A stretch of 63,159 nucleotides of DNA, filler included, from Acidimicrobiia bacterium (GCA_041619515.1; 2 parts of 2 records of this genome joined end to end with filler, not necessarily neighbours in it), one strand, 5' to 3'; positions 1-10,468 are shown, numbered from the whole stretch's first letter. Notes: generated from the sequence alone by a model not told the origin. Numbers and translations are program-made.

Positions 1-65
1 ACCAGCGCCGGCCACAGCCATCGGCGGCGTCGCTCGACCGGCGTTCCCAGCCGGTCACCGGTCAT
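1..65 (-). CDS. 5' fragment of a probable iron/haem ABC permease (FecCD/HmuU-like), runs off the window
   Basis: ATG at 65 overlaps the stop of the binding-protein gene (ATGA coupling) and reads MTGDRLGTPVERRRRWLWPAL. Identity is inferred from position only. Confidence 0.45.
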   Translation of the reverse strand, partial: MTGDRLGTPVERRRRWLWPAL

Positions 66-1060
66 GACGTGGCAGAGAGCTCCGGGTGGAGGTCTTGTAC
101 GAGAGCTTTGAGCGCTTCACCGGTGCGGGGTCCGAATCCGAGGAACAGGGCATCATCGTAAACGAGCAGGCGGCCCTCCTGCCCTGCCGTTGTCTGGGCA
201 ACCCCGGGGAGCTCGGCAAAGGCGGCCGGCCCGCCCAGTGAGCCGAGGGCGTCGGCGGTGGTTACGAACACGTCGGGATTGGCGGCCGCCAGTGCTTCCG
301 GTGTGAGCGGTCCGACGGGCGGGCCCTGCACGGTGTCGACCGCGTTGGCTGCGGCGATCAACGCCGACGTCACCGAACCGGGGCCGAACAGCAGCAGCGC
401 TTCCGGACCACGGGCATACACAAACGCCACCCCGGGGGACTCGGTCGCCTGCGCCGCCAGCTGGACGGCTTCGTCGATTTCGGCATCGACCCGATCCGCC
501 AGGGCGGCGCCGGCTTCTTCCTCGCCAACCAGCATGGCCACGGTCTCGATCTTCGTGCGAATGCCGCTGAGCTGGTTCTGCAGCTCGATGAGGACGACGG
601 GGATACCGGCTGCCCGGATCTGCTCCACCACCTCCGGCGGCCCGATTTGAGCATCGCCGATGACGAGGGTCGGGTTGAGGGCCACCACCGGCTCGGCGAC
701 GAGCAAGCCCCGCGCCGGCGGCAGCGGCGGCCCGATTTGCAGCGCCTCGGGCGGGTAGGTGGTGGTGACGTCGATGCCGACAACCTGTGCCCCCACTCCG
801 AGCTCGAAGAGGATTTCGGTGATGTCTCCGTTGAGCGAGACGATCCTGCTGGCATCGGTGACCGTCTGCTCGACACCGTCGGCGCCCGTGAAGGTGATGC
901 CCTCCGGGACCGAGGTGGTCGTTGCCGTCGGGGCCGTTGTGGTGGTGGCGGCGGCGATCGTTGTGGAGGTGGTAGGAGCCGCCGTGTCCGACGAGTCGTC
1001 GCCACCGCAGGCAGCCCCGACCAGGGCCAGGCCCAAGACCAGTATGAGGAAACGTTTCAT
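62..1060 (-). CDS. ABC transporter substrate-binding lipoprotein, haem/cobalamin/iron-siderophore class (HmuT/BtuF-like)
   Basis: Lipobox GAAC and Thr-rich linker, followed by class III SBP motifs RIVSLNGDITEILFELG, VVGIDVTTTYP and FLGFGPRTGEA. Start taken at MKRFLIL. Confidence 0.85.
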   Translation of the reverse strand: MKRFLILVLGLALVGAACGGDDSSDTAAPTTSTTIAAATTTTAPTATTTSVPEGITFTGADGVEQTVTDASRIVSLNGDITEILFELGVGAQVVGIDVTTTYPPEALQIGPPLPPARGLLVAEPVVALNPTLVIGDAQIGPPEVVEQIRAAGIPVVLIELQNQLSGIRTKIETVAMLVGEEEAGAALADRVDAEIDEAVQLAAQATESPGVAFVYARGPEALLLFGPGSVTSALIAAANAVDTVQGPPVGPLTPEALAAANPDVFVTTADALGSLGGPAAFAELPGVAQTTAGQEGRLLVYDDALFLGFGPRTGEALKALVQDLHPELSATS

Positions 1061-1110
1061 GAGTTCAACTCCAGCACGCAGTGTGCGCGGGGACGCTATC
1101 AGCGGCCGAA

Positions 1111-1127
1111 TCCGACAGGAAGTCGGA
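1111..1127. promoter_or_regulatory. Candidate TetR operator (palindrome TCCGAC-aggaa-GTCGGA)
   Basis: Perfect 6-bp inverted repeat in the 95-bp region between the divergent SBP and TetR genes. Confidence 0.5.
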
Positions 1128-1155
1128 AACACGAGCGTTTCGATAGGCTTTCTCG

Positions 1156-1782
1156 ATGCCCCGCATCAACGCCGCCTCCATCGACGAGCATCGCCGGGTC
1201 ACCCGCCGCGCCCTGCTCGACGGGGCCCATGACCTGTTCGGCCGGCTTGGCTATGCCGAAACGACGCTCGGCGATGTTGCCGCCCACGCCGGGCTGGGAC
1301 GTACCACGTTCTACGACTATTTTTCGGACAAGGAGGATTTGCTCGCCTCGCTAGTGGAGGAGTTACTGCCGAAGGTGTTCGCCGCCATGATCGGCGAGTT
1401 GCCGCCTTCGCTGCCTCCTCGCGACGAGCTGGCGGCTCTGGTGTTCATGATGGTGGAGTTCGTGGTGAGCGACCCGGTCTTCGGCCTCATCCTCCACACC
1501 GATGTCCCGCGCCTTGGCCCCGAGGCCCAGCAGCGCATCGGTGCCAGCCACCAGAACCTCATTTCCGAGTTCGCCCGCATCTACCGGACGGGGGTCGCAG
1601 CCGGTCAGTTCCGGAAGATGCCTTTCGACCTGGCCGGGCACTTCATCTTGGATGTGGTGATGTCGGGAGCCCGTACCCTCCTCAACGGCAAGGAACCAAA
1701 GAAGCGTTTCCACGAAGTAGCAGACGAGACCGTCCGCTTCCTGCTCGGGGGGTTGGCCGCCGGCCCCACGGCATCGACCTAG
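1156..1782 (+). CDS. TetR/AcrR family transcriptional regulator
   Basis: N-terminal HTH GYAETTLGDVAAHAGLGRTTFYDYFSDKEDLL. TAGGCT -10 box lies 6 nt before the ATG (leaderless). Confidence 0.92.
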   Translation: MPRINAASIDEHRRVTRRALLDGAHDLFGRLGYAETTLGDVAAHAGLGRTTFYDYFSDKEDLLASLVEELLPKVFAAMIGELPPSLPPRDELAALVFMMVEFVVSDPVFGLILHTDVPRLGPEAQQRIGASHQNLISEFARIYRTGVAAGQFRKMPFDLAGHFILDVVMSGARTLLNGKEPKKRFHEVADETVRFLLGGLAAGPTAST

Positions 1783-1816
1783 GCAGATTCCTCGAAAACC
1801 GTGGCAGCATGGCGGC

Positions 1817-2488
1817 ATGCGCCGCATATGGCCACTCGCACTGCTCGTCCTCCTGACCGGCTGCCGCCCGATCTTTCCCTTCCCGGAGCCTCTAACCTCG
1901 CCAGCGGCCCCAGGAGGACCGGTTGTGCAGTTCACCGGCAAAATCTCACCCGTTGCCCCACAGGACGTTGCCTACTCCTGGCGGGACGGCTGCCCGGTAG
2001 CCCTGGAGGATCTCCGGCTGCTGTCGGTCACGCATTGGGGCTTCGACGGGCGGGCCGCCGAGGGCCGTCTGGTCGTCAACGCCCAGCATGCCGAGGGCAT
2101 CGTTCAGGTCATGCGGATCCTCTACGAGGAGCAATTCCCGATCGAGCGGATGGAACTCGTTGACGCCTTCGAGGGTGACGACGACGCTTCCATGGCAGCC
2201 AACAACACCTCGGCGTTCAACTGCCGGGAGGTATCCCGCCGGCCCGGGGTGTGGTCACAGCATGCCTTCGGGAGCGCCATCGACATCAACCCGATGCAGA
2301 ACCCCTACATCCTGCGCGACGGCACGGTGCTGCCTCCCGACGCGACCACCGACCGGACGACCCCGCGTCCGGGCCTCATCACAGCCGGCAGTGTGGTGGT
2401 GGATGCGTTCGCCGACATCGGCTGGGGTTGGGGTGGCAGCTGGAGCGGCGTCCTCGACTATCAACACTTCTCGGCCTCGGGCCGGTGA
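1817..2488 (+). CDS. M15 family metallopeptidase lipoprotein (D-Ala-D-Ala carboxypeptidase-like)
   Basis: Lipobox LTGC; motifs NNTSAFNCR, SQHAFGSAIDINP, WGWGG and DYQHF. Confidence 0.85.
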   Translation: MRRIWPLALLVLLTGCRPIFPFPEPLTSPAAPGGPVVQFTGKISPVAPQDVAYSWRDGCPVALEDLRLLSVTHWGFDGRAAEGRLVVNAQHAEGIVQVMRILYEEQFPIERMELVDAFEGDDDASMAANNTSAFNCREVSRRPGVWSQHAFGSAIDINPMQNPYILRDGTVLPPDATTDRTTPRPGLITAGSVVVDAFADIGWGWGGSWSGVLDYQHFSASGR

Positions 2489-3234
2489 GCGAACGCATCC
2501 GGCGTCTCGAGCTGATCGGCCATGCCACCTGGCCGTCCCTCGAGGACGAGTGGCTCAACGGCTGGCTGCTGCGGGCGGCCCAGGGTGTTACCCGCCGGGC
2601 CAACTCGGCGAGCCCCGTCTATCACAGTGACGACGCCGTCGAAGCTCAGGTCTCGGCCTGTGAGGAATGGTTCGCACGAAGGGGGCTGCCATCGATCTTC
2701 CGGCTGACCCCGATGGCGGATCCGGCGATCGATGAGCACCTGTCGGCGGCTGGATACCAGCGGGATCCGGGTGCCGCCATCATGACCCGTCCGATACGAG
2801 GGTTCCCGGCCGTGGATCACGCCCGGGTCGCCATCGCCGCCGACCCCTCAGAGCTATGGCTCGACTTGATGGCCGAGGAGCCGGGCAGGGGTGGCGCCCG
2901 GCGTGGAGTGCTTAGAACCATGCTCGGAGGCATTGCCGGCCGAGCCGGGTTCGCCGGGGTCGAGGGGGACGGCCGCATGGAGGCAATCGGGCTCGGCGTG
3001 GTGGCGGATGCATTCATCGCCCTCTACCTCGTCCGCACCGCCGAGGAACGACGCCGGCGCGGCCTGGCCACGGCCGTCACCGGGGCACTGCTCGCCTGGG
3101 GACGCGCCGGTGGTGCCGAACACGCCTTTCTCCAGGTCCATCCGCTCAACGCCCCGGCCCGGTCCCTGTACGGGGAGCTCGGCTTCGAACACCAGTACGA
3201 GTACTGGTACCGGGAACCGTCGCAATCGAAGTGA
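2485..3234 (+). CDS. GNAT family N-acetyltransferase
   Basis: GTG start overlaps the upstream stop. N-terminal GWLLRAAQGVTRRANS; acetyl-CoA motif RRRRGLA; LQV..N..A..LY..LGF. Confidence 0.85.
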   Translation: MSERIRRLELIGHATWPSLEDEWLNGWLLRAAQGVTRRANSASPVYHSDDAVEAQVSACEEWFARRGLPSIFRLTPMADPAIDEHLSAAGYQRDPGAAIMTRPIRGFPAVDHARVAIAADPSELWLDLMAEEPGRGGARRGVLRTMLGGIAGRAGFAGVEGDGRMEAIGLGVVADAFIALYLVRTAEERRRRGLATAVTGALLAWGRAGGAEHAFLQVHPLNAPARSLYGELGFEHQYEYWYREPSQSK

Positions 3235-3260
3235 CCGGCTAGCCTGGCCGAGCGCAACCG

Positions 3261-3375
3261 AGGAGGCCCCATGACAAGGCCGGCACCGACCACCATCTGA
3301 GTCGGGACCCCATCGCGCCACGAGCGGGTCTCGATCGACCGTGTAACCCGTCTCCTCACAAGGACTCGTCTCGTG
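3261..3375 (+). promoter_or_regulatory. Leader peptide (MTRPAPTTI, 3271-3300) with a translational attenuator
   Basis: AGGAGG at 3261-3266 precedes a 9-codon ORF. Helices 3302-3310:3326-3334 and 3319-3330:3363-3375 are mutually exclusive, and the latter covers the GTG start of the ABC gene. Confidence 0.6.
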
Positions 3376-5160
3376 ATCCCCGTCAAAAGCTATTGGAAGC
3401 TGCTCGCCACCTACCTGCGGAATCAGCGCGCCCGCACCGCCCTGCTGGCCGTGGTGCTGTTCGTCGGCATCGGCCTGCAGGTGCTCAACCCGCAGATCAT
3501 TCGGTCCTTCATAGACCGTGCCACCACCGGAGACGGTGCCGACAACCTGATTCCACTGGCCGTGGCGTTCATATCGATCGCCGTCGTCTACCAGGTGCTG
3601 AACGTGGCGGCGACGTGGATGGCGGAGAACATCGGCTGGACCGCCACCAACGAGCTGCGGCGCGACCTGGCCGCCCACCTGCTCGAGCTCGATATGGACT
3701 TCCACAAGTCGCACACGCCGGGTGAGCTCGTCGAGCGGGTGGACGGGGACGTGACCGCGTTGTCCAACTTCTTCGGCCAGTTCACCATCAACGTGGTCGG
3801 GAACTTGGCGCTGCTGGCAGGCATTCTGCTCCTGCTCTTTCGCGAGAGCGTGGTCGTGGGGTCGGTGATGACCATCTTCGCGGTCGCCGGGCTGGGGGTG
3901 ATGGTGTGGATCCAGCGGCTGGCAACCGAATGGTGGGCACAGGTGAAAGCCCTGCGGGCCGAGATGTTCGGCTTCCTGGGAGAACAGGTGGGCGGGACCG
4001 AGGACATCAGGGCCAACGGCGCTGCCCGCTACATGATGCGGCGTTTCACCCGTTTGCTTCGCCGCTGGCTGCCCGCCGAGGTCAAGGGAAGGCACGGCTG
4101 GTCGGTGCTGTGGGCAACCAACATCGTCGTATTCGCCGTCGGCAGTGTGCTGGTGTTCACGCTCGGTTCCTTGCTGTTCAACGCCGGGACCATCACCATC
4201 GGCTCGGTGTACCTGATCTTTCACTACACCGAAATGCTGCGGCATCCGCTCGACCGGATCCGCAACCAGATGGAGGATTTCCAGAAGGCGGCGGCGGGAA
4301 TTCACCGCGTCCAGGGGCTGCTCGATCGCCAAACCCGGCTTCCTCGCACCGGCACCCGCCTTCTGCCCATGGGCCCGTTGTCGGTGAAGCTCGAGAACGT
4401 CGAGTTCTCGTACCGCGATGACGAGGACCCGGCCCGGCCGGAGGAGGGAGCCGGGAAAGCGCCCCGCAAACGAGTCCTCGACGACATCTCCCTGTCGCTG
4501 GCGCCCGGTCGAACCCTGGGGCTGCTGGGGCGCACCGGGAGCGGCAAGACCACCCTGGCCCGCCTCCTCACCCGGCTGTACGATCCCGAGTTCGGCACCG
4601 TCTACCTCGGTGGGGTCGACGCCCGCACCGCCGACCTCCAGAGCCTGCGAAGGCGCGTGGGAATGGTCACCCAGGACGTCCAGCTGTTCGCGGCGTCGGT
4701 TCGGGACAACCTCACGTTCTTCGATTCATCGATAACGGATGCCGACATCGGCCGGGCACTCGACACGCTCGGACTGTCCGGCTGGGTTGCGAACATGCCG
4801 GCCGGTCTCGACACGCTGCTGGAAGGGGGCGGCGCGGGCATTTCGGCGGGTGAGGCGCAACTGCTCGCCTTCACCCGCGTGTTCCTCGAGGATTCGGGCC
4901 TGGTGGTGCTCGACGAGGCTTCGTCGCGGCTGGACCCGGCCACCGAGCATCTCATCGAAACCGCCGTCGACCGGCTGCTCGCCGATCGGACCGGCGTGAT
5001 CGTCGCCCACCGGCTCGACACGGTCACACGGGCCGACGACATCGTGATCCTCGAAGACGGCCGAGTCGCCGAGAGCGGGGCGCGTGTCGATCTCGCCGCC
5101 GACCCCGGCTCTCGCTTCAGCCGCTTGCTGGCCACCGGCATGGAGGAGATGCTGCGATGA
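3373..5160 (+). CDS. ABC exporter half-transporter (TMD+NBD), subunit 1 of a heterodimer
   Basis: Multi-TM N-terminal domain; Walker A GRTGSGKT, degenerate signature ISAGEAQ, Walker B VVLDE, H-loop AHR. Confidence 0.92.
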   Translation: MIPVKSYWKLLATYLRNQRARTALLAVVLFVGIGLQVLNPQIIRSFIDRATTGDGADNLIPLAVAFISIAVVYQVLNVAATWMAENIGWTATNELRRDLAAHLLELDMDFHKSHTPGELVERVDGDVTALSNFFGQFTINVVGNLALLAGILLLLFRESVVVGSVMTIFAVAGLGVMVWIQRLATEWWAQVKALRAEMFGFLGEQVGGTEDIRANGAARYMMRRFTRLLRRWLPAEVKGRHGWSVLWATNIVVFAVGSVLVFTLGSLLFNAGTITIGSVYLIFHYTEMLRHPLDRIRNQMEDFQKAAAGIHRVQGLLDRQTRLPRTGTRLLPMGPLSVKLENVEFSYRDDEDPARPEEGAGKAPRKRVLDDISLSLAPGRTLGLLGRTGSGKTTLARLLTRLYDPEFGTVYLGGVDARTADLQSLRRRVGMVTQDVQLFAASVRDNLTFFDSSITDADIGRALDTLGLSGWVANMPAGLDTLLEGGGAGISAGEAQLLAFTRVFLEDSGLVVLDEASSRLDPATEHLIETAVDRLLADRTGVIVAHRLDTVTRADDIVILEDGRVAESGARVDLAADPGSRFSRLLATGMEEMLR

Positions 5161-6926
5161 AGGCAGGCACTCCCCGGCTCATCTTCGGGCTCATCCGTGT
5201 GTTCCCCTGGCGCTGGCTGGCCAACGTGGCCCTGTGGACGGCGATTTGGAGTATGCCGCTGGTGGTGGCATTGCTTGCCCGCGAGTTCTTCGAGACCCTC
5301 GAAGGGAAGGCCGGCTTCACCATCACCACCCTGGTGGTCGCAATGCTCGCATATGGGCTGGGGCGGATCGTGGTGATGGTGATCGCCATGCACAACGACG
5401 TCCACTTCATGTTCCGGGTCGGCTCGCTGCTCCGGAGGAACATGTTCGGGCGCGTTCTGTCACTGCCTGGTGCCCAGGCGATCGAGGCTTCGTCGGGCGA
5501 GCTGATCACCCGCTTCCGCGAGGACGTCGAGCACGTCGAGGAGACCACCAGCTGGACCGTGGACATGGTGGGCGCCGTCGTATTCAGCGCGGCCTCGCTG
5601 AGCATCCTGGTGACCATCGACGCCGGCATGACCGTGCTCGTGTTCCTTCCCCTGGTGTTCGTGATCTTCCTGTCGGAGCGGGCCGGGACCGCGATCCGGA
5701 GATACCGGGAAGCGGCCCGGGAGGCGACCGGCCAGGTCACCGAGGCGCTCGGCGAGGCGTTCGGCTCGGTTCAATCCATCAAGGTGGCCGGGGCTGAGAG
5801 ATCTGTGGTCGCCCACCTGACCCAGCTCAACGATTACCGGCGCCATCTGATGGTGCGCGACCGGGTGCTGCAAGCGGTCCTCGAGTCGCTGTTCTGGAAT
5901 ACCGTCAACATTGGCACCGGCTTGATTCTGCTGGTCGCAGCTGCCCGCCTGCGTAGCGGGGGCTCGTTCACGGTCGGCGACTTCGCGTTGTTTGTGCTCC
6001 TCATGACGATGGCGACCGACGTCGTGCACATCGTCGGTCTGTTCATCGCCCGGCTGCGCCAGGCCGGGGTGTCCTTCGACCGCATGGGGCGGGTGCTGCG
6101 AGGCGCCCCGGTGGAGGCACTGGTGGCCCCTGCCGATTTGCAGCTGCGCGGCCCACTGCCGCCGCTGCCGGATGCGCCGAGGACGCCGGCCGGGCGCCTC
6201 GAGCGTCTGGAGATCCGGGGGCTGAGCTTCCGGTATCCCGGCACGGAAAACGGGATTTCGGAGGTGGGTTTCGACATTCAGAAGGGAACCTTCACCGTTA
6301 TCACCGGCCGGATCGGCTCGGGCAAGACGACGCTGCTGCGCGCCATCCTCGGGCTGGTGACGGCCGACGAGGGTGAGATCCGCTGGAACGGGATGCTCGT
6401 CGAGGAACCAGACCGGTTCTTCGTGCCGCCGCACGCCGCCTACACCCCGCAGGTGCCGAGGCTCTTCTCGATGTCGCTGCGGGACAACCTCGTGCTCGGC
6501 ATGGGCGTGCGCGACGAGGACCTGATGGCGGCGCTGGATGCGGCGGTGATGACCGAAGACCTCGCCGGCATGCCGGCCGGTCTCGAAACGGCGGTGGGGC
6601 CGCAGGGGGTCCGACTGTCGGGGGGGCAGGTGCAACGGACCGCCACCGCCCGCATGCTGGTCAGGAAGCCCGACTTGCTCGTCTTCGACGACCTCTCCAG
6701 CGCGCTCGATGTCGACACCGAGCGGAGGCTGTGGGCGGGTTTGCTGAGTGCCGACTCCGCCGTCACCAGCCTGGTGGTGTCGCACCGTCACCCGGCACTG
6801 CGACGCGCCGACCAGATCGTCGTCATGGCCGGTGGGCGAATCGAGTCCGTCGGCACGCTCGACGAACTGCTCGCCACCAGCAGTGAGCTCCAGAGCCTGT
6901 GGAGGAGCGCCGGCTCGAACGGGTAG
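5157..6926 (+). CDS. ABC exporter half-transporter (TMD+NBD), subunit 2 of a heterodimer
   Basis: ATGA-coupled to subunit 1. Walker A GRIGSGKT, signature LSGGQ, degenerate Walker B LVFDD. Confidence 0.92.
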   Translation: MKAGTPRLIFGLIRVFPWRWLANVALWTAIWSMPLVVALLAREFFETLEGKAGFTITTLVVAMLAYGLGRIVVMVIAMHNDVHFMFRVGSLLRRNMFGRVLSLPGAQAIEASSGELITRFREDVEHVEETTSWTVDMVGAVVFSAASLSILVTIDAGMTVLVFLPLVFVIFLSERAGTAIRRYREAAREATGQVTEALGEAFGSVQSIKVAGAERSVVAHLTQLNDYRRHLMVRDRVLQAVLESLFWNTVNIGTGLILLVAAARLRSGGSFTVGDFALFVLLMTMATDVVHIVGLFIARLRQAGVSFDRMGRVLRGAPVEALVAPADLQLRGPLPPLPDAPRTPAGRLERLEIRGLSFRYPGTENGISEVGFDIQKGTFTVITGRIGSGKTTLLRAILGLVTADEGEIRWNGMLVEEPDRFFVPPHAAYTPQVPRLFSMSLRDNLVLGMGVRDEDLMAALDAAVMTEDLAGMPAGLETAVGPQGVRLSGGQVQRTATARMLVRKPDLLVFDDLSSALDVDTERRLWAGLLSADSAVTSLVVSHRHPALRRADQIVVMAGGRIESVGTLDELLATSSELQSLWRSAGSNG

Positions 6927-7137
6927 GGGTGGCGCGCACCCGCTCGACGGCGGCCCCGCGTACCCGTAGGCTCCCGGCATGCGAACCCATCACGTGCCCG
7001 GAGGCTGGCTCGGATGCCTCATCCCGCACCGGGAATGTCTGACACGATGACATGCGTTTCACATTTCACTGCCAAGATACGCAGCCCGGAAGCGACAGGT
7101 GCCGGGCCGCACACAGCCGACGAGGGAAGAGGGACCA

Positions 7138-8238
7138 ATGAACAAGTTTGAAGAGATCCACGCAGCGGGCACATCCCTTTGGTTCGACTACATCAGGCGT
7201 GACCTGCTCGAAGGCGGGGGACTGGCCGACCTGGTGGCAGAGGGCATCCGGGGAGTGACCTCCAACCCCTCGATATTCCAGAAGGCAATCGCAGACAGCA
7301 GCGAGTACGACGAAGATATCCGGGCTGCGTTGGCAGAGAACCCGGGTTGTTCGGTGAACGATCTGTACGAGTCGTTCGCCATCGAGGACATCCGGGCGGC
7401 CACCGACATCCTGCGTCCGGTGTACGACGACTCCCACGGGGCCGACGGATTCGTGAGCCTCGAGGTATCACCGTTGCTTGCCTCCGATACCGACGCCACC
7501 ATCGCCGAGGGCCGCCGCCTGTGGGCGGCGGTCGATCGGCCCAACGTCCTCATCAAGGTGCCCGCCACCGCCGAAGGGGTCCCGGCCATCGAAGCTCTCA
7601 CCGCCGAAGGTGTCAACGTCAATGTCACGCTCATCTTCTCGCTCGATCACTACGAGGCCATTGCTCGTGCCTACCGGCGCGGGCTGGAGTCGGCCGCCGA
7701 CCCGTCGTCGATCGCCTCCGTCGCCTCGTTCTTCGTGAGCCGGGTCGACACCCTCACCGACAAGAGGCTCACCGAGATCGGCACCGACCGGGCCCTGGCG
7801 TTGCGTGGAAAGGCCGGCATTGCCAACTCCAAGCGGGCCTACCGGCTGTATCAGAGCCTTTTCGGCGAGGAGTCGTTCGGGCACCTGGCAGCGCGGGGGG
7901 CGAGGCCGCAGCGGTTGCTGTGGGCATCAACCGGAACCAAGAACCCCGCCTACTCCGACGTCCTGTATCTCGAGGAGCTGATCGGGCCCAACACCGTGAA
8001 CACCGCCCCCCCGGACACGATCGACGCCTTCCGCGACCACGGAACCGTCCGCGGGGCCACTTTGCTGGAGGATTGGGACGAGGCCGACGCCGTCGTTGCC
8101 GGCCTGGCCGAGGTCGGAGTGGACTTCTCAGACGTCACGGCCACCCTGCAGGAGCAAGGAGTGGACGCATTCGCAGCCTCATTCCGGTCTCTCATGGAAA
8201 CGCTCGAGGAGAAGGCCGGGTTCGTGCGTGCCGGCTGA
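7138..8238 (+). CDS. tal: Transaldolase
   Basis: Motifs GVTSNPSIF, VSLEVSP, NVLIKVPAT, NVTLIFS, SFFVSRVD and LLWASTGTKNP. Confidence 0.95.
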   Translation: MNKFEEIHAAGTSLWFDYIRRDLLEGGGLADLVAEGIRGVTSNPSIFQKAIADSSEYDEDIRAALAENPGCSVNDLYESFAIEDIRAATDILRPVYDDSHGADGFVSLEVSPLLASDTDATIAEGRRLWAAVDRPNVLIKVPATAEGVPAIEALTAEGVNVNVTLIFSLDHYEAIARAYRRGLESAADPSSIASVASFFVSRVDTLTDKRLTEIGTDRALALRGKAGIANSKRAYRLYQSLFGEESFGHLAARGARPQRLLWASTGTKNPAYSDVLYLEELIGPNTVNTAPPDTIDAFRDHGTVRGATLLEDWDEADAVVAGLAEVGVDFSDVTATLQEQGVDAFAASFRSLMETLEEKAGFVRAG

Positions 8239-9856
8239 CCTCGACCTGCACCTCGGTCCCCTGGGCGACGCCGTCGAGGCTCGCCTCGACGAATGGGAGC
8301 AGGCGGGCATGGCCCGGCGAATCTGGGCCAAGGATCCGACCGTGTGGGCGGAGACCGATCTTCCCGAGCTCACCGACCGGCTCGGTTGGCTCACCCTGCC
8401 CGAAGAGATGGCCGGGTCCGTGTCCGATCTCGAAGCGTTTGCAGCCGAGGTTGCCGGGGAGGGCGTGCGGTTCGTCGTGCTGCTCGGGATGGGTGGCTCC
8501 AGCCTCGCCCCCGAGGTCTACCAGGCAACGTTTGGCAGCGCAGACGGCCGACCCGAGCTGATCGTGCTCGACAGCACCCACCCTGCCTCGGTGGCGGCCG
8601 TCGATGCCCGCATCGAGCCGTCCGACACGCTGTTTCTCGTTGCATCCAAGTCGGGCACGACCCTGGAGACGGTCAGCTTCTTCCACTACTTCTGGCACAG
8701 ACTCGCCGGCGGCCAGTCGCAAGGCCGGCACTTCGTGGCTCTCACCGACCCGGGCAGTCCACTCGAGGACCTCGCAGCCGAGCGTGGCTTCCGGCGCGTG
8801 TTCGCTACTCCGCCCGAGGTCGGAGGACGCTATTCGGCCCTCACCTACTTCGGACTGGTCCCGGCCGCCCTCATCGGGGCCGATGTCGGGGCCGTGGTGT
8901 CGAGCGCAGCCGTCATGGCCGCCGCCTGCCGGGGAGGGGCGCGTGACAACCCGGGGTTGATCCTCGGGGCAGCCTGGGGTGAGGCGGCGCTGGCGGGTCG
9001 TGACAAGCTGACGCTGGTGACATCACCCGGCTTGGCGGCATTCCCAGACTGGCTGGAGCAACTCGTGGCCGAGAGCACCGGCAAGTCCGGAACCGGCATC
9101 GTCCCGGTGGCAGGTGAAGACCTGGCCGAGCCGAGCGCCTACGGCGACGATCGGATCTTCGTCGCGTACCAGCTGGAAGGAGATGGCGATCATTCCGCCG
9201 GCCTCGACGCCCTGGCCGCCGCCGGCCATCCCGTGGTGCGGATCCCCCTGGCCGACAAACAAGCCCTCGGCGGCGCCATGTTCGCCGCCGAGATGGCCAC
9301 CGCCGCCGCAGGTGCCATCCTCGGTATCCACCCCTTCAACCAGCCCGACGTGCAAGTCGCCAAAGAGCTGGCCAGGCGCGCCATGGCAGGGGAGCTGGCC
9401 GGCGGGGCTCCCATCGCCGCAGTGGCTCCCGAGGACGCCTCCGGACTGGGAGATTGGCTGGCCGGACTGCCCGAGCACGGGTACATCGGCATCATGGCCT
9501 ACACGCCGATGACTGCAGACGCCGTCGAGCTCCTCCAGGGCCTGCGGCACCACCTGCGGGATTTGACCGGGGCCGCCACCACCGTCGGGTTCGGGCCTCG
9601 GTTCCTCCATTCAACGGGCCAGCTGCACAAGGGTGGTCCCGACAACGCGCTGTTCCTCCAACTGGTGGGCGAGCCGCAACCAGACCTTCCCGTCCCGGAG
9701 TCCGGTTCTACCTTTGGCAGCCTCATCGCCGGCCAGGCGGAAGGCGACTACCGGGCCCTGGAAGAGCGCGGTCGTCGGATCCTGCGAGTGCAACTGGGTC
9801 CCGACGAGCCATCGGCCATGGAACGGCTGCTCGACACCGTGAGCTCGCTTGCCTGA
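8228..9856 (+). CDS. pgi: Glucose-6-phosphate isomerase (type usually found with Tal)
   Basis: Motifs RLGWL, LLGMGGSSLAP, SKSGTTLE, GGRYSAL, EQLVAESTGK and GPRFLHSTGQLHKGGP. GTG start overlaps the end of tal. Confidence 0.9.
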   Translation: MPADLDLHLGPLGDAVEARLDEWEQAGMARRIWAKDPTVWAETDLPELTDRLGWLTLPEEMAGSVSDLEAFAAEVAGEGVRFVVLLGMGGSSLAPEVYQATFGSADGRPELIVLDSTHPASVAAVDARIEPSDTLFLVASKSGTTLETVSFFHYFWHRLAGGQSQGRHFVALTDPGSPLEDLAAERGFRRVFATPPEVGGRYSALTYFGLVPAALIGADVGAVVSSAAVMAAACRGGARDNPGLILGAAWGEAALAGRDKLTLVTSPGLAAFPDWLEQLVAESTGKSGTGIVPVAGEDLAEPSAYGDDRIFVAYQLEGDGDHSAGLDALAAAGHPVVRIPLADKQALGGAMFAAEMATAAAGAILGIHPFNQPDVQVAKELARRAMAGELAGGAPIAAVAPEDASGLGDWLAGLPEHGYIGIMAYTPMTADAVELLQGLRHHLRDLTGAATTVGFGPRFLHSTGQLHKGGPDNALFLQLVGEPQPDLPVPESGSTFGSLIAGQAEGDYRALEERGRRILRVQLGPDEPSAMERLLDTVSSLA

Positions 9857-10466
9857 CATCACGACGCTCTTCTTCGACGTCGGCGGCGTCCTGCTGACCA
9901 ACGGGTGGGATCGGAACAGCCGGAGCCACTGCGTGGGGTCGTTCGGTCTCGATCTGGAAGAGTTCGGAGACCGGCACGAGTTCGTGGCCGACGCCTTCGA
10001 GACCGGCCGCATGAGCCTGGCCGAGTATCTCGAGCGCACCATCTTCTACCGCGAGCGGGGCTTCACGCCCGAAGCATTCCGCCAGGCAATGGTGTCCGAA
10101 TCGCAGCCCTTCCCCGAGGCTCTTGCGGTGGTCGACGAGCTGGCTCGTTCCGGCCGCTACCTGCTGGCGACGCTCAACAACGAGTCGCGGGAGCTCAACC
10201 AGGCCCGCATCGACCGATTCGACCTTCGCAGGTACTTCGCTGCGTTCCTCAGCTCGGGATTCCTCGGGGTGAAGAAGCCCGATCAGGCCATCTACCGCCT
10301 GGCTCTGCAGATAACCCAGCGGCGCCCTGAGGAGTGCGTGTTCATAGACGACCGGGACATCAACCTGGAGTGTGCGGTCACCGAGGGAATGCACACCGTC
10401 CACTACGACGACCCCACCCAGCTCAGAGCGGAGCTGGCCGGCCTCGGGATCGACATACAGGAGTAG
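9849..10466 (+). CDS. HAD family phosphatase
   Basis: Motif I FFDVGGVL, motif III KKPD, motif IV FIDDR. Confidence 0.88.
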   Translation: MPDITTLFFDVGGVLLTNGWDRNSRSHCVGSFGLDLEEFGDRHEFVADAFETGRMSLAEYLERTIFYRERGFTPEAFRQAMVSESQPFPEALAVVDELARSGRYLLATLNNESRELNQARIDRFDLRRYFAAFLSSGFLGVKKPDQAIYRLALQITQRRPEECVFIDDRDINLECAVTEGMHTVHYDDPTQLRAELAGLGIDIQE

Positions 10467-10468
10467 TC

